A program made the translations under genes and the position numbers. Positions 40,438-53,494 of a stretch of 64,000 nucleotides of DNA are shown here, piece after piece. This DNA is from Haliotis rufescens (lineage: Eukaryota): the NCBI RefSeq assembly GCF_023055435.1, contig NW_025963890.1:57598001-57662000 (forward strand), read 5' to 3'. Each line of letters opens with the position of its first letter. Within the stretch, counting starts at the first letter, position 1. A model generated the notes under the pieces. That model saw nothing but the letters and a program-made list of their open reading frames with translations. It did not search any database and was not told where the DNA came from.

Positions 40438-42072
40438 TCAACATTGAATGGATGGTATGTTAGGACTCTACACAGATGTTCTCCAACTGTATTTGAAAAA
40501 TTGATTTTTCCATCCTTAAACTTTCCCACCCTTGTGAATAAATGAACTGTTCCGCATACAATATAACACCTATGGATCGAACACAACCACAGCTCGGGAG
40601 CTGGTGCACCAGATGCTTGAATAATCATTACGTATTGGCAAACACCCGGCAGACAGAATTTTTTAGATTTGCATAATCAATTAAAATTGATAGTTTTCAT
40701 TCCCACCCTATGAATATTTTGGGTATTCTGTATCAAACACACAGTGTGCTGTTGGTAGGATTATCTCATCATAATATCAGTAACATTTCCTCAACACCTC
40801 AGGAAGTCAAAGCCAATACAATTCCAAATCTAAAACACCCTTGCACTTACCAATGGCTGAAAGAAACTGCTCAAAAGAAGTTAAAGAACACCCAATTCTT
40901 TCATATTAGTTTATAGCCATAACATGAATATGAAAGAATCAGGATTTCTTTAACTTCTTTTGTGTAGCATATTGTCAACAACACATGTCTAGTTCTTTCT
41001 AATTCAGTGAACAACCCTGATGATTTTTACACATATCTAGCAGAACACTTATCTCAAAGACAATTTAGAGTGGCCTCCCCTTGTTTGACACATGGAAATC
41101 CAAATAACACCAAGTAACAATGAACTAGACACACTGACAGTCTTTAGCGACTTTAGCCACTCGTCCAAAGCCCGAGTCTGTTAAACATGTTAAATTTGGG
41201 CTTTTAAGCTCAGCTAATAATAGTCCACAGAAAAATACTAAATTCTACTGATAATGATGCTACGAGCCAAGTCAGGGTCAGAGGTCCCGAAACATTTTGG
41301 CATAGACTGCAGTGACCACTCAATGACCTTTTACAGAGGGTTAATAGATGGCAAATGGTAAAAGCTGACCACTTGTAATGTTGTAACTGTTATACACAGT
41401 AACAATCACTTATGACCAGCAGGGGGATAATGCTATTAACATCCTACATACACTCCCCAACAGGTGTGTATTGCACGTGTAAATATTGCTAGCATCCCAA
41501 TAGCCTATTTCATCATGTGTTACACACTGCAGACAAAACTATCTGTGTATGATATAAACAACTCAGACACAGACAAGATAAATATATACACATTGACAGG
41601 ACAGATGTCTTACAAGCCTTTATTGTTTAAGGGGTCTGCTACTGTAAGGTAAACTGAGTAAATCATGGTCAGTATGTATAGTATTGTATAGGTGTCTCTA
41701 ACATAGGTAGTATCAGCGTTGCTAATTGTGACTCAGGTATCGTTAATTGCAATATAATGTTTCACATCCAAGCTTATTTGTTGGCTATGACTGAGCAGAG
41801 TTTTATGTTTCTAGATATACTGCAGTTCTTCATGGTTGGGTGATAAAGAATGGGATCCCACATATTAACCACATGAGGATTCAAACCTGGGAACTTTTTT
41901 GAAAAGACTACCCACCACTGTATTTCCTAAATGCAGTATTTCCTAGATAAAGGAGTACTTAAAAATAGGATTTTCCTTTTGTATTGGTCTTCTACAATGT
42001 CTACATATCTATTCACAGCTCCAGAAATTGCATCCTTGGTTAACCAAGGTATTATATCTCGATTCTGTTATC

Positions 42073-42317
42073 GACCGGTGAAGATCCTGGTTAGAATAGG
42101 TCTTCAGCAACCGAGGCGACTTTGCTTGTCGTAAGAGGTGACTAACTGGATCGGGTGGTCAGGCTCACTGGCTTAGTTGATGCATGCCACCATATCCCAA
42201 TTGCGTGGATCGATGCTCATGATGTCAATCACTGGATTGTCCGGTCCAGTCTCGATTTTTTACAGACTGCCGTCACATAACTGGAATACGACTGAGCGCA
42301 AACAAACGAAACAAACG
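42073..42317 (+). mobile_element. Family C short retroposon, full length
   Basis: gaccggtgaagatcctggttagaataggtcttcagc...gcttgtcgtaagaggtgactaa...(aaac)n. Confidence 0.88.
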
Positions 42318-43219
42318 ATTCTATTTTCAGCCCAATACATATGACATGACCCTCAGTATGGCCATCCAATCAAACTACTGAGCAAGAGAAATTCTGTCCT
42401 CAGTTAGAGAGGACAAATAAGTCCCGGGTATCATAATACAATCAAGATGAAGCTCCCTAGACTATCAAGGATGCAGAAACTGGAACTCAATTAGATTTCC
42501 TGTACACATCAGTACCAGGACTCGATAAGTCACTGGAATGAGTACGTAATACCACCACAATTTTAAAACCTAATTTCCAAGAAACCAACCGTAAAAAAAT
42601 GACCAGCGAAATAGAAACTAACAATGAATCTTTCTACTTTCCCCACCCCAATTCTGTTGATGTATCCGATCCAATGTTTGCTCGGGGCATACACCAGTCC
42701 AATAACAAGCCATTCAAACTACGAGTGTAGTATTTCAATGGCTGTGACTCATCCGTAACAAATATCCACAACTGTTTGTCTATGTCAAAAAGTGCATTGT
42801 GTACTGAAGTGTTTTTATGCCTCTACGTGCCAACCATGAAACCAAACTCACTATATCCAAGAGGTGGGTGTACGGTGCGGTAATGCACCCAGCAACAAAC
42901 ACAATCCCACCCAAAGCTAACAAGCTGTCCAGATTGCAGATGATTAACAACTGTTCACAGGTCGGAGTGACCTTTGCTGATATTTGACTTGTCATCTGTC
43001 ACCTATGTCTGCACCATCACCTTGTGGTCAGCTATTTGAAAGCTACAACTTAGCACAGTCTAGTCCTGCTATGACTGTGGAATTTATATATTATTTTTTA
43101 CTAAAAGCCAAGGCAAGTCTAGTTTCCTTGATTCCACAGCAGGAGAGGAAATGTTCTTTTCGAGAGAAAAAATTACAATTATTTTAAAGAAACGTTTTCA
43201 TAGACTAATATAAGTGTTG

Positions 43220-43368
43220 CAGCGTTAGAAACTGTCACTTGTCCTGCAGTCCTTGCCAAACTGCCCAATAGTTAAGGTATCATAAGGACTAGTAGAAATT
43301 TGCTGTTTTTAGGAGTTTTGCTATATGTTATCACTATATACATAAGGACTAGTGGAATATAACAGTTA
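43220..43368. mobile_element. Family E MITE copy
   Basis: cagcgttagaaac...agtccttgccaaactgcccaat...aggactagtagaaatttg, matching 54372-54526. Confidence 0.7.
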
Positions 43369-43514
43369 CGTATTACCCAGTCCAGGCACAGTCCTGTTTG
43401 GTAAGTGTTGGAAGGGGGAACTAGCCCTTATACAGAGAGAGAAGCCAATGCTCCTACATCTATGTTGCATGCTATGTTAAACCTATCTTTCCTTATACAT
43501 GTAACATGACAGTT

Positions 43515-44010
43515 GACTGCATTGGTAGATTGTATTTTTAGATTGTATTGGTGGATTGTATTAGTTCACTGCTTTGGTAGATTGCATTGGTAGATTGTAT
43601 AGATTCACTGCATTGGTAGATTGTGTTGGTAGATTGTACAGATTCACTGCATTGGTAGATTGTATAGATTCACTGCATTGGTAGATTGTATTGGTGGATT
43701 GTATTAGTTCACTGCATTGGTAGATTGTATTGGTAGATTGTATAGATTCACTGCATTGGTAGATTGTATTGGTAGATTGTATAGATTCACTGCATTGGTA
43801 GATTGTATTGGTAGATTGTATAGATTCACTGCATTGGTAGATTGTATTGGTAGATTGTATTGGTGGATTGTATTAGTTCACTGCTTTGGTAGATTGTATA
43901 GATTCACTCCATTGGTAGATTGTTTTTGTAGATTGTATGGGTAGATTGCATCCTTTGACTGCATTGGTTAAATTTATTGGTAGAATGCATTGACTGATAT
44001 TGGTGGATTA
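43515..44010. repeat. Minisatellite, ~39-bp unit built from 13-bp subrepeats
   Basis: tagattgtattggtagattgtatagattcactgcattgg. Confidence 0.9.
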
Positions 44011-44661
44011 CAAAAAAGGCTGATGTCATTTGGTGGACTGCACGGACACATTCTAATAATATGGCAATAAAATCACTGTCTGATGATATACTTTCGTTAC
44101 AAAAAAAATCACATGAGTTCACATCTGATGAAAACCTTGGACCACAATCATAAATACCTCTAAATTGGCATTACAGTAAAAAAACAACTGAATAATTTCC
44201 AACATATATTCATAACCTTGCACTAAGAAATTCAAGAAGAAAGTTTGGCACTTATACTTAACATGTTCACACACAGTCTTGACAATCTCCTGTGGATGGG
44301 GTAAGATGGTATCATTATGAGAAATAACAGTAACCATGGTAACTATCTTCATGCACCTTCCTACCCTGTGTTATCATCATAATGAAGACAAAACGGTGGA
44401 AACAAGGGTAGCACAACGTTATCTAACTTCCAATTTGTCTCAAAATTCAAAAACTAAAGAAAAACGAAAGAGAATCATGGACAAGTTTGAGCAATTACCC
44501 AGCATGTGTAAAGTTCATGTACTTCTGTGTTGGATGTAGATATTTCTCTGGTATTATTTTCAGACTGAAGTAATGTGTTAAAACTAAACCAAAGAAGTGA
44601 TCCAGCAAAATCAAGCCTTTTTTACAACACTTCTCCAATGTCAACTAGATCAATAACATTT

Positions 44662-44900
44662 GATTGTTTGTTTGTTTGTTTGTTGGTGTTTAACGCCATA
44701 CTCAGCAGTATTCCAGCTATATGACAGCGGTCTTTAAATAATCAAGAGATATCATGAGCATCGATCCATGCAATTGGGATACGATGACATGCATCAACCA
44801 AGTCGTAAGCCTGACCATTCCATTAGTCGCCCCTTATGACAAGCATAGTCACTTTTTATGGCGAGCAGGGTTTGCTGAAGACCTATTCTACTACGGATCC
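44662..44900 (-). mobile_element. Family C element lacking the first ~10 nt of the head
   Basis: (tttg)n tail to ...gctgaagacctattctactacggatcc; TSD caataacattt. Confidence 0.88.
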
Positions 44901-45509
44901 CAATAACATTTTAATTAGAGCTGAAAACCATATCTTAAACTTTACATAAAAAGTTGTTCTGAACCAAAATGGACAATTTTTTAAAAATATTTCAACCAGT
45001 TTTACCTTTTCTGAAACATTTTCACAAAGACCGGACAATTTCAACAAATTTATTTTAAAAGTTGACCACCATCCACCAATGACGTTTCCAACTCACACAA
45101 GCTCCTATCCAGGCAATTTATACATTCCTTGAAACATTTAAAGGAACATATGACCCTTGCATGATTTCATAACCTGTGCGCTACCACATCAAGATTATGA
45201 TTCATAGATCGCCAAGCTTGGGTTACCTCTAGGTTCAATACATACCCTACTCAGATAAAAAAAACACTGCCCCACATGCCACCATATCCTGGTAACCCAG
45301 CCATGTATTTGTGATAAGCCGTATCGGATATAGCTAATATTTACACCTGTGTAAGCCCTCAAATAATCACCCCAAATCAGGGATATACACACAAACCAGA
45401 ACCAAATAGTTATGCCTGAGTATCAAACTGTTCCTAGCTCTGTTGAAAAAGTTGGATATCTAATCATGAATAAAATTCCGAGCAGAAGTATACATAATGT
45501 TGCCTTGTA

Positions 45510-45661
45510 AGAGTGAGTAAGTGAGTGAGTATGGTCCTACGAAGCTGTTAGCAATAATTCAGCAATATCACGGTGGACAGAAGAAATGGGCTTCACACAT
45601 TGTACCCATGTGGAGAATCAAACATGGACCTTCGGCGCCATGAGCAAACGCTTTAACCACC
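45510..45661 (-). mobile_element. Family A SINE
   Basis: gagtgagtatggt...agaaatgggcttcacacattgtacccatgtgg...cgctttaaccac. Confidence 0.82.
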
Positions 45662-47472
45662 AACACCATTATTCCAAAGTTGTTAAAACACTACTAAAAC
45701 CTAGATCAGCAAAAGAAATCAAATCTTGGCCACACAAACCTGTGGTTGATAGCATAAGCAGCAAACCCTACTATTGAGGTACAATCAGCTCCCAAAATAA
45801 TCGTAGCAATAACATGAGACCTATGATAGTCATAGCCAAGTCTCTGAAAATATAATTTTGACAGAAACAAAAAAAAATCATTTAAATTGAAAAGGACCCC
45901 CAGTGAACTCTAGACATGCTGGAACCACCGGAACACCCATGACCCTGCTGGTGCATGTGTGAATCACAGGGTTTGAATTAACACCAGGACAGCCAGGCTT
46001 CATTTTTAGACAGCATTTACAACCCTCATCCTTATGAAGGCTATTATGAGCAGTCTGTGCACGAACATTTTTTAGTCAATTATCTTGAACTTGGCTCCAA
46101 AGCATCATTTTCAGATTGTCGGGTTATTAGATGGACTATTTTTCGCTTAGGATACTAGACCAAACAGAATTTTATGAGAATCCAGCTTCGGTGGAGTGGC
46201 TAAAGCCACAGACTGTATGAGTAAGAACTGCGAGACTACACAGTTCTTAGAAGATAGGTTTCGTTTCATACCTTCTAATAATGACTCACCCACCCCTTGT
46301 ATCAACAATACAACATAATCCAGGCAGTATAAATCTATATGTTCATTACATTGTTCAGAATTACCTATTTTGTATAAAAAAAGGGTGTAAAACTACTTTT
46401 GCTTTCATTCACTGATTCCTTTTTTGTTTATTTCAGAGAACTTAACAATGCCTTAGGGTCAAATCTCTTCTCAAAGTATTCTAAGGCAACCTGTCAACTT
46501 GGCAAAATATGTTTCAATAAAACTCTACGTTGCTAATACATCATATGCATACACTTGTAACACCTTTTCTCCTCCTAGCATAATACAATAACAAAGTTGC
46601 ACTCAAAAGTAGCCTGTAGTGGTTAATTTATGCCCGATTAGAGTAACCACTTCTTCAGATAGCATACCTGAGGAGGCACATTGTGTTGCCCAGGGCGAAT
46701 CAAGATTCTTTCATGGTTGACTTGCCATGTAGTCGCCAGAATTGCTGATCTAGGAGTCATGGTCGACAACAAGTCATTTTGCAGCAGATTAATCTTATTA
46801 TGTATAAGATCAAGTTTTTTCCCGTTTTTCAGCGTTAAAATACATGTGATTTTACTCATGTACTGATTTAAACAATGGTTATCTTTATAAAGAAAGTCAC
46901 TACATGGCTGAAATATAGCCAATGATGTTAATTTTCAACTTACCGTCGAACAAAGAAAAAACATAACTGAAAATTTTGATCAAGTTATGGTTGGCAAATA
47001 TCCAGGAATGAACTGACCAGTTAGTGACCTAATGACACCGACAATACCGAAATCGGTGGACAAACATCAAGCTTACCCTACGTCAATCAAACCATTAGAC
47101 CGACCAATTACAGGGCCATGCTTACCTGACAGGCAATATTGACAGAACTGTTTTCGCCTCAAACAGTATTGACAGTCGTCACAAAAATAAAAGTGAAATA
47201 TCCAACCCTACTCGACAACCATTACCCACTTAACCTTATGAACTGTGTCGTGAGTCTCACTAGTTCTCACAAGTGTCGACAAGCAAAGCCATGTTACAAC
47301 ACTATGTCAATCGCTTGTCCCTGTCAATAACTGGGAGCATATTGATTGTGGTTGATGATGAATCATGTTAATGACTGTAGCATTCCTCTGCAGGAAACAC
47401 TGCAAGATCTGGCACTGCGAGTAAGTGAATGTTGTTTATTGCCTAGTCAGCAATATTTGAACAGTTTTATGA

Positions 47473-47666
47473 GTGAGTGAGTGAGTGAGTGAGTGAGTGA
47501 GTGAGTGAGTGAGTGAGGTTTTACGCCGCTTTTAGCAATATTCCAGCAATATCACGGCGGGGGACACCAGAAATGGGCTTCACACATTGTACCCATGTCG
47601 GGAATCGAACCCAGGTCTTCGGCGAGACGAGCGAACGCTTTAACCACAAGGCTACCCGACCGCCCC
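47473..47666 (-). mobile_element. Family A SINE, full length, young
   Basis: Near-consensus body, about 12 GAGT units, 15-bp TSD tgaacagttttatga. Confidence 0.92.
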
Positions 47667-47791
47667 ACTGAACAGTTTTATGATGTCGGTCTGTATATGA
47701 TCAATCTGGACTAACTAAACCAGACACTGACAGTATGAGCAACGATACAAGCCATGGCGGCACAATGAGACACAAGCAGTCAAATCTGGAC

Positions 47792-48043
47792 AGGTGAGGT
47801 GAGGTGAGGTGAGGTGAGGTGAGGTGAGGTGAGGTGAGGTGAAATAACGTCGCGTTCAAGATTATTGCACTTATATAGCAAAGTATCAGTGTGTCTGGAC
47901 TAATGCAGATTTTATAGTGCTAGCCCACTGAGATACCATGCTGTAGTTTAACATGAATACCCCACAGACACAATATACTGACTCCAAACCGACCAGTCCT
48001 TGTTTTAGTCCCTTAACGCTGAGCGCCAGGCAGGATAACAACA
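47792..48043 (-). mobile_element. Family D SINE, 5'-truncated
   Basis: (GAGGT)n, aacgtcgcgttcaagattattgcacttatatagcaa, ccgaccagtccttgtttt...gagcgccag. Confidence 0.85.
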
Positions 48044-48150
48044 ATCTATACTGAAACATCGCCTTAACAGAAATTAAGGAAGTAGTTATCCATAAATTGT
48101 GTCTACTTTGTCATCCGTCAACGTCTAAGTAATGCCTATCAAACAATTCA
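48044..48150 (+). mobile_element. Second copy of the Penelope-like end fragment
   Basis: atctatactgaaacatcgcctt...gttatccataaattgtgtctactttgtcatccgtcaac...aaacaattc matches 9566-9671. Confidence 0.55.
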
Positions 48151-50061
48151 ATGCAATACAAGTCATAAAAAGCTATAACATTAGTTATAGCTTAAATGTA
48201 CACATAAACATGAATATGAAAATTTATCAGTCAAATCTGGAAATTTTGAATGGCATTTGAAGCCAAATACATGTAGATGCCTCTGAGCAGGTCTAGACAA
48301 ATTCCTGAGCATTCATACCTCTTAGAATTGAACTAAATAGCCTCAACAATAATTATCATGGCAGACACTCATAATTAGGAAATGAGCTTATTGGATAAAA
48401 CATTACAAGCTTCTCTGGGATCAAATTGTTATTTCAATTCATCTGAACAATCTGGAATCCAAACACTGGAAAATCATTAAAACATTCTTTTCACTGGATG
48501 GTGACAAATCTCAGGAATCCTATTCACAGACAAAGCAAAATCTCCCTGTAATCCCTGCTTGAAACATGTCGGTATAGCAGGACCACTGTCATCCATTCAG
48601 AAATGCCTCGAAAAAGATTTTAGAGAAATTCCCACTTGGGTGAAATATACCTTTGCCCATGTGTGACCTAAATCCCGACCTACGGAGCTAATACCTGCAC
48701 AGACCTTAACGTGTTAGCGAAGATCAGAGATAATTGGGCTTCACTCTCACCTAGTACTGAGTGAGTCATTCTGTAGAGGACACCTTAAAGAGTGGTTACA
48801 CAGTTTCACATAAGCCTCATTATCAGTGGTACATTGTGCATCTTGAAGAAACTGCTAATAGAAAAATTCTGATTTTTAATTGCTGACTCGACAGCTATAG
48901 TATTTCACCAGCTAAATCATGATATATAGGCAATATAAATAGTACCACTTCAGTAATTAAGGGCTTTAAAAACTTTTTCGATAATAGAGCCTAGGCCTGG
49001 TGTTTTCTGTTAAGAAACCTGTTATATACAACAGAAGAATATACACTGGCATGGCCTTTGTAGGGAGTGCTCACAAGATTATGGAGCAGGGCATATAATA
49101 TGGTGAATATGGTAATTCAATAATGAATTACAGAATTATTAAACAAACTCTTGAAATCATAAATGAACGAGATTTACCAAACCGTACCTATGTACATAGT
49201 TGGATAAAAATGCAAGAATTATCAAAAACATGCAAGTCTTCAAACTAATCTTTTAACAAGAAAAAAAAGAATCTTGACGCTGACACTGATGTTCTGACAA
49301 AGGAGATTAACTTTCATAGAGTTGTTTTTTGATAAAAACCAAATTCATTTCAATTCAAGATAAAACACCTTCTGAGTTTGACAAACTCAATTTACAGAGG
49401 ATGGATAACTAACAGAAACTCTCCATCAGAGATAGACTACACCCGACCGAGGATGAAAATGTCTCTGTTGCCCGTTGCAGCAACAATCTGTTGATGAACC
49501 CCCTCCATTCGTCATTACTTGCGACTTTTTTAATTCACTTGTTGAGACAACTTAAAAGAACCCACACTGAAAATGTGTTTGACATTTGAACGCTCAGGAA
49601 ATACATTCAGATTCTAAATATCTACCATTCTTGTTGTGTTAATTTGTACATTTCTGCTTCTAATGTGACTCAAGTCCCCTAAAAAGGACTTCAAAGTCAG
49701 GCGTTAATTTTAACCTGAGGATCATCAATTTCAACGTCAAAATCCAGGCTCGTCGTTGGAAATCTTTTCAGCCATATTTGGTCAGAGCAAATCACATCAC
49801 CACCATGAAAGGATTACAAATTCTGTTCGCAACTGACGAGGGCTGGATGAGAACGACAGAAAACGTCATCCAATCAGACATGTTTGCACGTCGGTTTCAT
49901 GTAAATAGCAGAAGGTTCCCAAGAGCTGTTTTCGTCCCCATTGCAAGGTGTGTCTGCTTGCTAACAGGGGGCGCTGTGTATGTTTCTGTGTCATGGATGA
50001 GCTGCAAAATGTCACCAGACTCGTGCAACAGCTAAAGTAACAGCTTGTCAGCAATACTCAC

Positions 50062-50123
50062 CTTTAATAAATGCTTATTGACCCATTTTGTAAATGTCTT
50101 CTTCTGAACAGCGTCTCGCTGGT
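50062..50123 (-). CDS. MACF1/DST: Spectraplakin (short stop/MACF1/dystonin/plectin family) internal exon, N-terminal helix of actin-binding CH1 domain
   Basis: Minus strand reads gatttctgtttcag|AC CAG CGA GAC GCT GTT CAG AAG AAG ACA TTT ACA AAA TGG GTC AAT AAG CAT TTA TTA AAG|gtgagt = (D)[20 protein letters not shown]. Canonical AG/GT sites, 62 nt, phase 1 to phase 0, matching plectin exon 2 ([21 protein letters not shown]). VNKHL favours spectraplakin over beta-spectrin/nesprin (VNSHL/INSHL). Confidence 0.93.
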
Positions 50124-50879
50124 CTGAAACAGAAATCAACAGACCATTTGAGAATGGAGTCAAATTTAATTCAGAGAAGGAAGGAGGCAGTGTCTTTTAA
50201 AATTCTGTTCTGCCACAGCTGGGTAAAGATACACAGTTTTCAAATAGTCAAACACCCTGCGGAGATGAATGTTGGACGTTAACTCAATGTATATGGACAC
50301 AAAAGCTGGGGCACAGATGGGATCAGCAAATGAGTTGACTTTGAAAGTGCATTTTGGCTTCTGCCGTGAACAATTTCCTTTGAAAAACAAACGGCCTTAA
50401 CCGTGGTACTCGTGAAATAAAACATGAGCTTCTTTGTGTTCATGAAGCATGCAGTAAAAATGTTCATCCATTAAACTCCCCATGGCATTTTTAAGCTTGT
50501 AATTAAAATTAAACTTTCAAATACAAACTACTTTCATAAACATAACCAGACTTAGAAAAGGGAAGTCATGCCAATGAGAGATATTCCTGCTACTTTGGCT
50601 GCAGACACAAACATTGCCTTGATGATGAATGTACACTTGCATAGTGCCAAGTTCACTCAACCCAATACAGCATACACTAACTATATGTTTCGCTCAGCGC
50701 AAGTTTTCTCATCTCCGTTGTTGGAGCTCTTACACTATACAGTGCATAGTGAATCATTGATGAGTTTATGAGTTTACAAAATTACGCTGGAAAGTCGACA
50801 TGCCCCATTAAACCATCAAACTCTTAATTCAAATACATATAGCAAACTTCAAACACCGAGACATTTCACACCCAAGCCC

Positions 50880-50958
50880 TTCATTTTAGTGTGGAAATGA
50901 ACCCTGGCCTTTGGCATGATGAGCAAACACTTTAACCACTAGGCTCCCCTGCTCCCCC
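50880..50958 (-). mobile_element. Family A head remnant
   Basis: gaaccctggcctttggcatgatgagcaaacactttaaccactaggct. Confidence 0.65.
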
Positions 50959-51857
50959 TTAGTTTGAACACTGGATAGTATTACCTGATAGTAAGTGTGA
51001 GTGTAACTTTCTCCCAGCAATAACAGTCAATATACTGTCTTTGACATTCGTCAACAAATATTTTTAATTTATATCGGAAGCTGAGTAAGTAAATCTGACC
51101 CATTGACTGCAGCAATAATGGCGTTAGCGTTGTGAGCATACTTCAACGGATGGACTGTAGCATATTACAAATATCCCTTTTTTATTATTATTATGTACAG
51201 ATTAAAATAATAAATGCAGCAAAGAGGGTTTGGGTGATCCTGGCACAATCAGGCTGGTTAGGCTCATCATCAGCCCAGGGTCCTTGCCCCCTCTACACGC
51301 AGCCCAGACAGAGAATGGGACTTCCCCCAGGAAGCGCTGCCTAGTCAAACCCACCCAGAACTTTTCGGAGAATGTGAAGACTTCCAAACACTGCAGCCTT
51401 CTGCATTACCCAGATTGTCAGAAGGGCTGTATTCCTGGTAGCAAACCCAGGTACTCTCCCAATGTCAGTCAACAGATTGGAAGGTACCAAACCTAACAAT
51501 GGGGAGTTGGACAACTTGGTTAATTACAAAATTACATATTGTTCGAAAGTACAACTCAATGTCACAATGAGGAAACAAACATTTTTGTGTGATCAATGTC
51601 GGCTACATGTCGGCCATCAGGCAGTGTCAGCATGACAGCAGTCAATGACCTAGATCCATCCTAGCTGCAGATGAACATATGACATTGACGTGACAGGTGC
51701 CCTGGTGTGTGTGTCAGTCAGTGTAATAGTCACATCACCTAATTGTCCTTGCATAATCAGACCCATCTATCACCATCCTACTTCTCCTGGTTGTATGGGA
51801 GGCATGACAGGGCTGTGCACATCATGCATCGCTGGATCCAAGGAATCTGTCGCGTAA

Positions 51858-52364
51858 TATACTACCAAAATAAAGTTAAAGAACACACGATTCTTTCACA
51901 TAACTACAGTAAACTACAGTTATAACAAACTCAAAGGGACCACTTATTTTAGTTTGGAGTAGCCGTAGTTCGTTATAAGCATAAAACAGCAAATGTCCGG
52001 AACTAAAAGTTTGTTATATCGGTCAGTTCGTTATAAGCGTGTTCGTTATAAACATAGTTTACTGTATAGTTAATCTGTCGTGTAATACACTACTAAAATA
52101 AAGTTAAAGAACACCTGATTTTTCATATAACTATAGTTGATCAGTTAATAACACCTGATTCTTTCATATAACTATAGTTGATCAGTTAATAAGACCTGAT
52201 TCTTTCATATAACAATAGTTGATCAGTTAATAACACCTGATTCTTTCATATAACTATAGTGATCAGTTGGTAACACCTGAATTTTTCATTCTTTCATATG
52301 CTATGACAGATAAACCATATAATATGAAAAACTCAGGTGTTCCTTAACTTCTTTAGAGCAGTAT
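51858..52364. mobile_element. Family H Tc1-like MITE with duplicated left end, nested family G MITE and internal 41-bp tandem repeat (about 52111-52280)
   Basis: tatactaccaaaataaagttaaagaacac ... gtgttccttaacttctttagagcagtata; related aagttaaagaacac ends at about 8055, 32745 and 40878. Confidence 0.6.
51907..52064. mobile_element. Family G Tigger/pogo-like MITE
   Basis: ta|cagtaaacta...tagtttactg|ta. Confidence 0.8.
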
Positions 52365-52718
52365 ATGTTGTTATAATTCCATATATTAAGTCTGTAAGTG
52401 AGAAAAGGGGGTTTGATGCCCATGTCAGATGTTCTAAAAACTTAAGTTTGATAACCTGGATGAGATAAACCAGATATTGCGAGGTGCAATCTATGCTATT
52501 CAGAACGACATACAATCAGCCAGATAAAGCCTGGACCCGTTATACCAATGGTTGATATTGCGAGCACCAAACCATGTTTTTGGGTACACCATTGTAACCA
52601 CACAATCCTCATTAATGGATGCTGCTGATCAACATGGGATACTGTAGACCTATTATGCTACAGAATCACAAAGGGCTTTCCTGCTTTTTCAGAATGTTTA
52701 TTTTTCAATTGCCATTTA

Positions 52719-53053
52719 CCGTATTCGACGTAATAAGTGCTCCGCTCTAATAAGCGCCAACGGCAATTTTTGCTAATATATTGGCCAGTAAACAATCCCA
52801 ATTGGCATATCGTTTGATCAATGTACACAAGACTTATTTATTAGCTTATAATACTCACTCGTGTGTTATATGCACACTTAATTATGGGCAATTACATTCT
52901 GGAGAAATATATTTGTCGTACATAAACATTTCAGGCTGTCAGCATAAACCATGAAATTTTTCTTTCAACTCTGTTTTTTTCACCAAAATGATATTCTAAG
53001 CCCCCTATTTCTAATTTTGAGAGCGGCCTGGGCGCTTATTACGTCGAATACGG
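52719..53053. mobile_element. Family F Tc1/mariner-pogo-like MITE
   Basis: TIR ccgtattcgacgtaataag / cttattacgtcgaatacgg, TA on both flanks. Confidence 0.88.
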
Positions 53054-53362
53054 TAACACAATTGTACCTTTAAATTTTCACCGTAACACTCAAAGTTTCC
53101 TGGGTTATATGTCAAGTAATAACACTAGCATGTTGCGTAACTTTTGACTATCAGCATATCTCAAACAATATCTGGTTTATACACCACCAAATTCTACACG
53201 ATGTTCAGATAACAATATGTCACTTCCCGATTCAGTCATATTGCAAGGCTGATACTTCTGTATCTCTAAATCAAATCTACATATTGGTCAAGATGTGTCA
53301 CGAGGGGCACTTGGTCTACCCTGTCAGTGGGTTCTCACAAGTGCCACATGTGACCTAGATTT

Positions 53363-53494
53363 NNNNNNNNNNNNNNNNNNNNNNNNNNNNNNNNNNNNNN
53401 NNNNNNNNNNNNNNNNNNNNNNNNNNNNNNNNNNNNNNNNNNNNNNNNNNNNNNNNNNNNNNNNNNNNNNNNNNNNNNNNNNNNNNNNNNNNNN
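53363..53494. other. Assembly gap (132 N)
   Basis: Run of n adjoining a tandem array. Confidence 0.99.

Larger units (their letters stand above)
3184..50061 (-). other. ~46.9 kb intron between the CH1 exon and the microexon
   Basis: Bounded by donor gtgagt (50061) and acceptor tgcag (3184); I found no DLxEDLRDG-type next CH1 exon in between by eye. Confidence 0.6.

Noticed and set aside
48170-48193. Perfect 10-bp hairpin aagctataac-atta-gttatagctt
   Set aside because: Isolated AT-rich palindrome with no supporting context.
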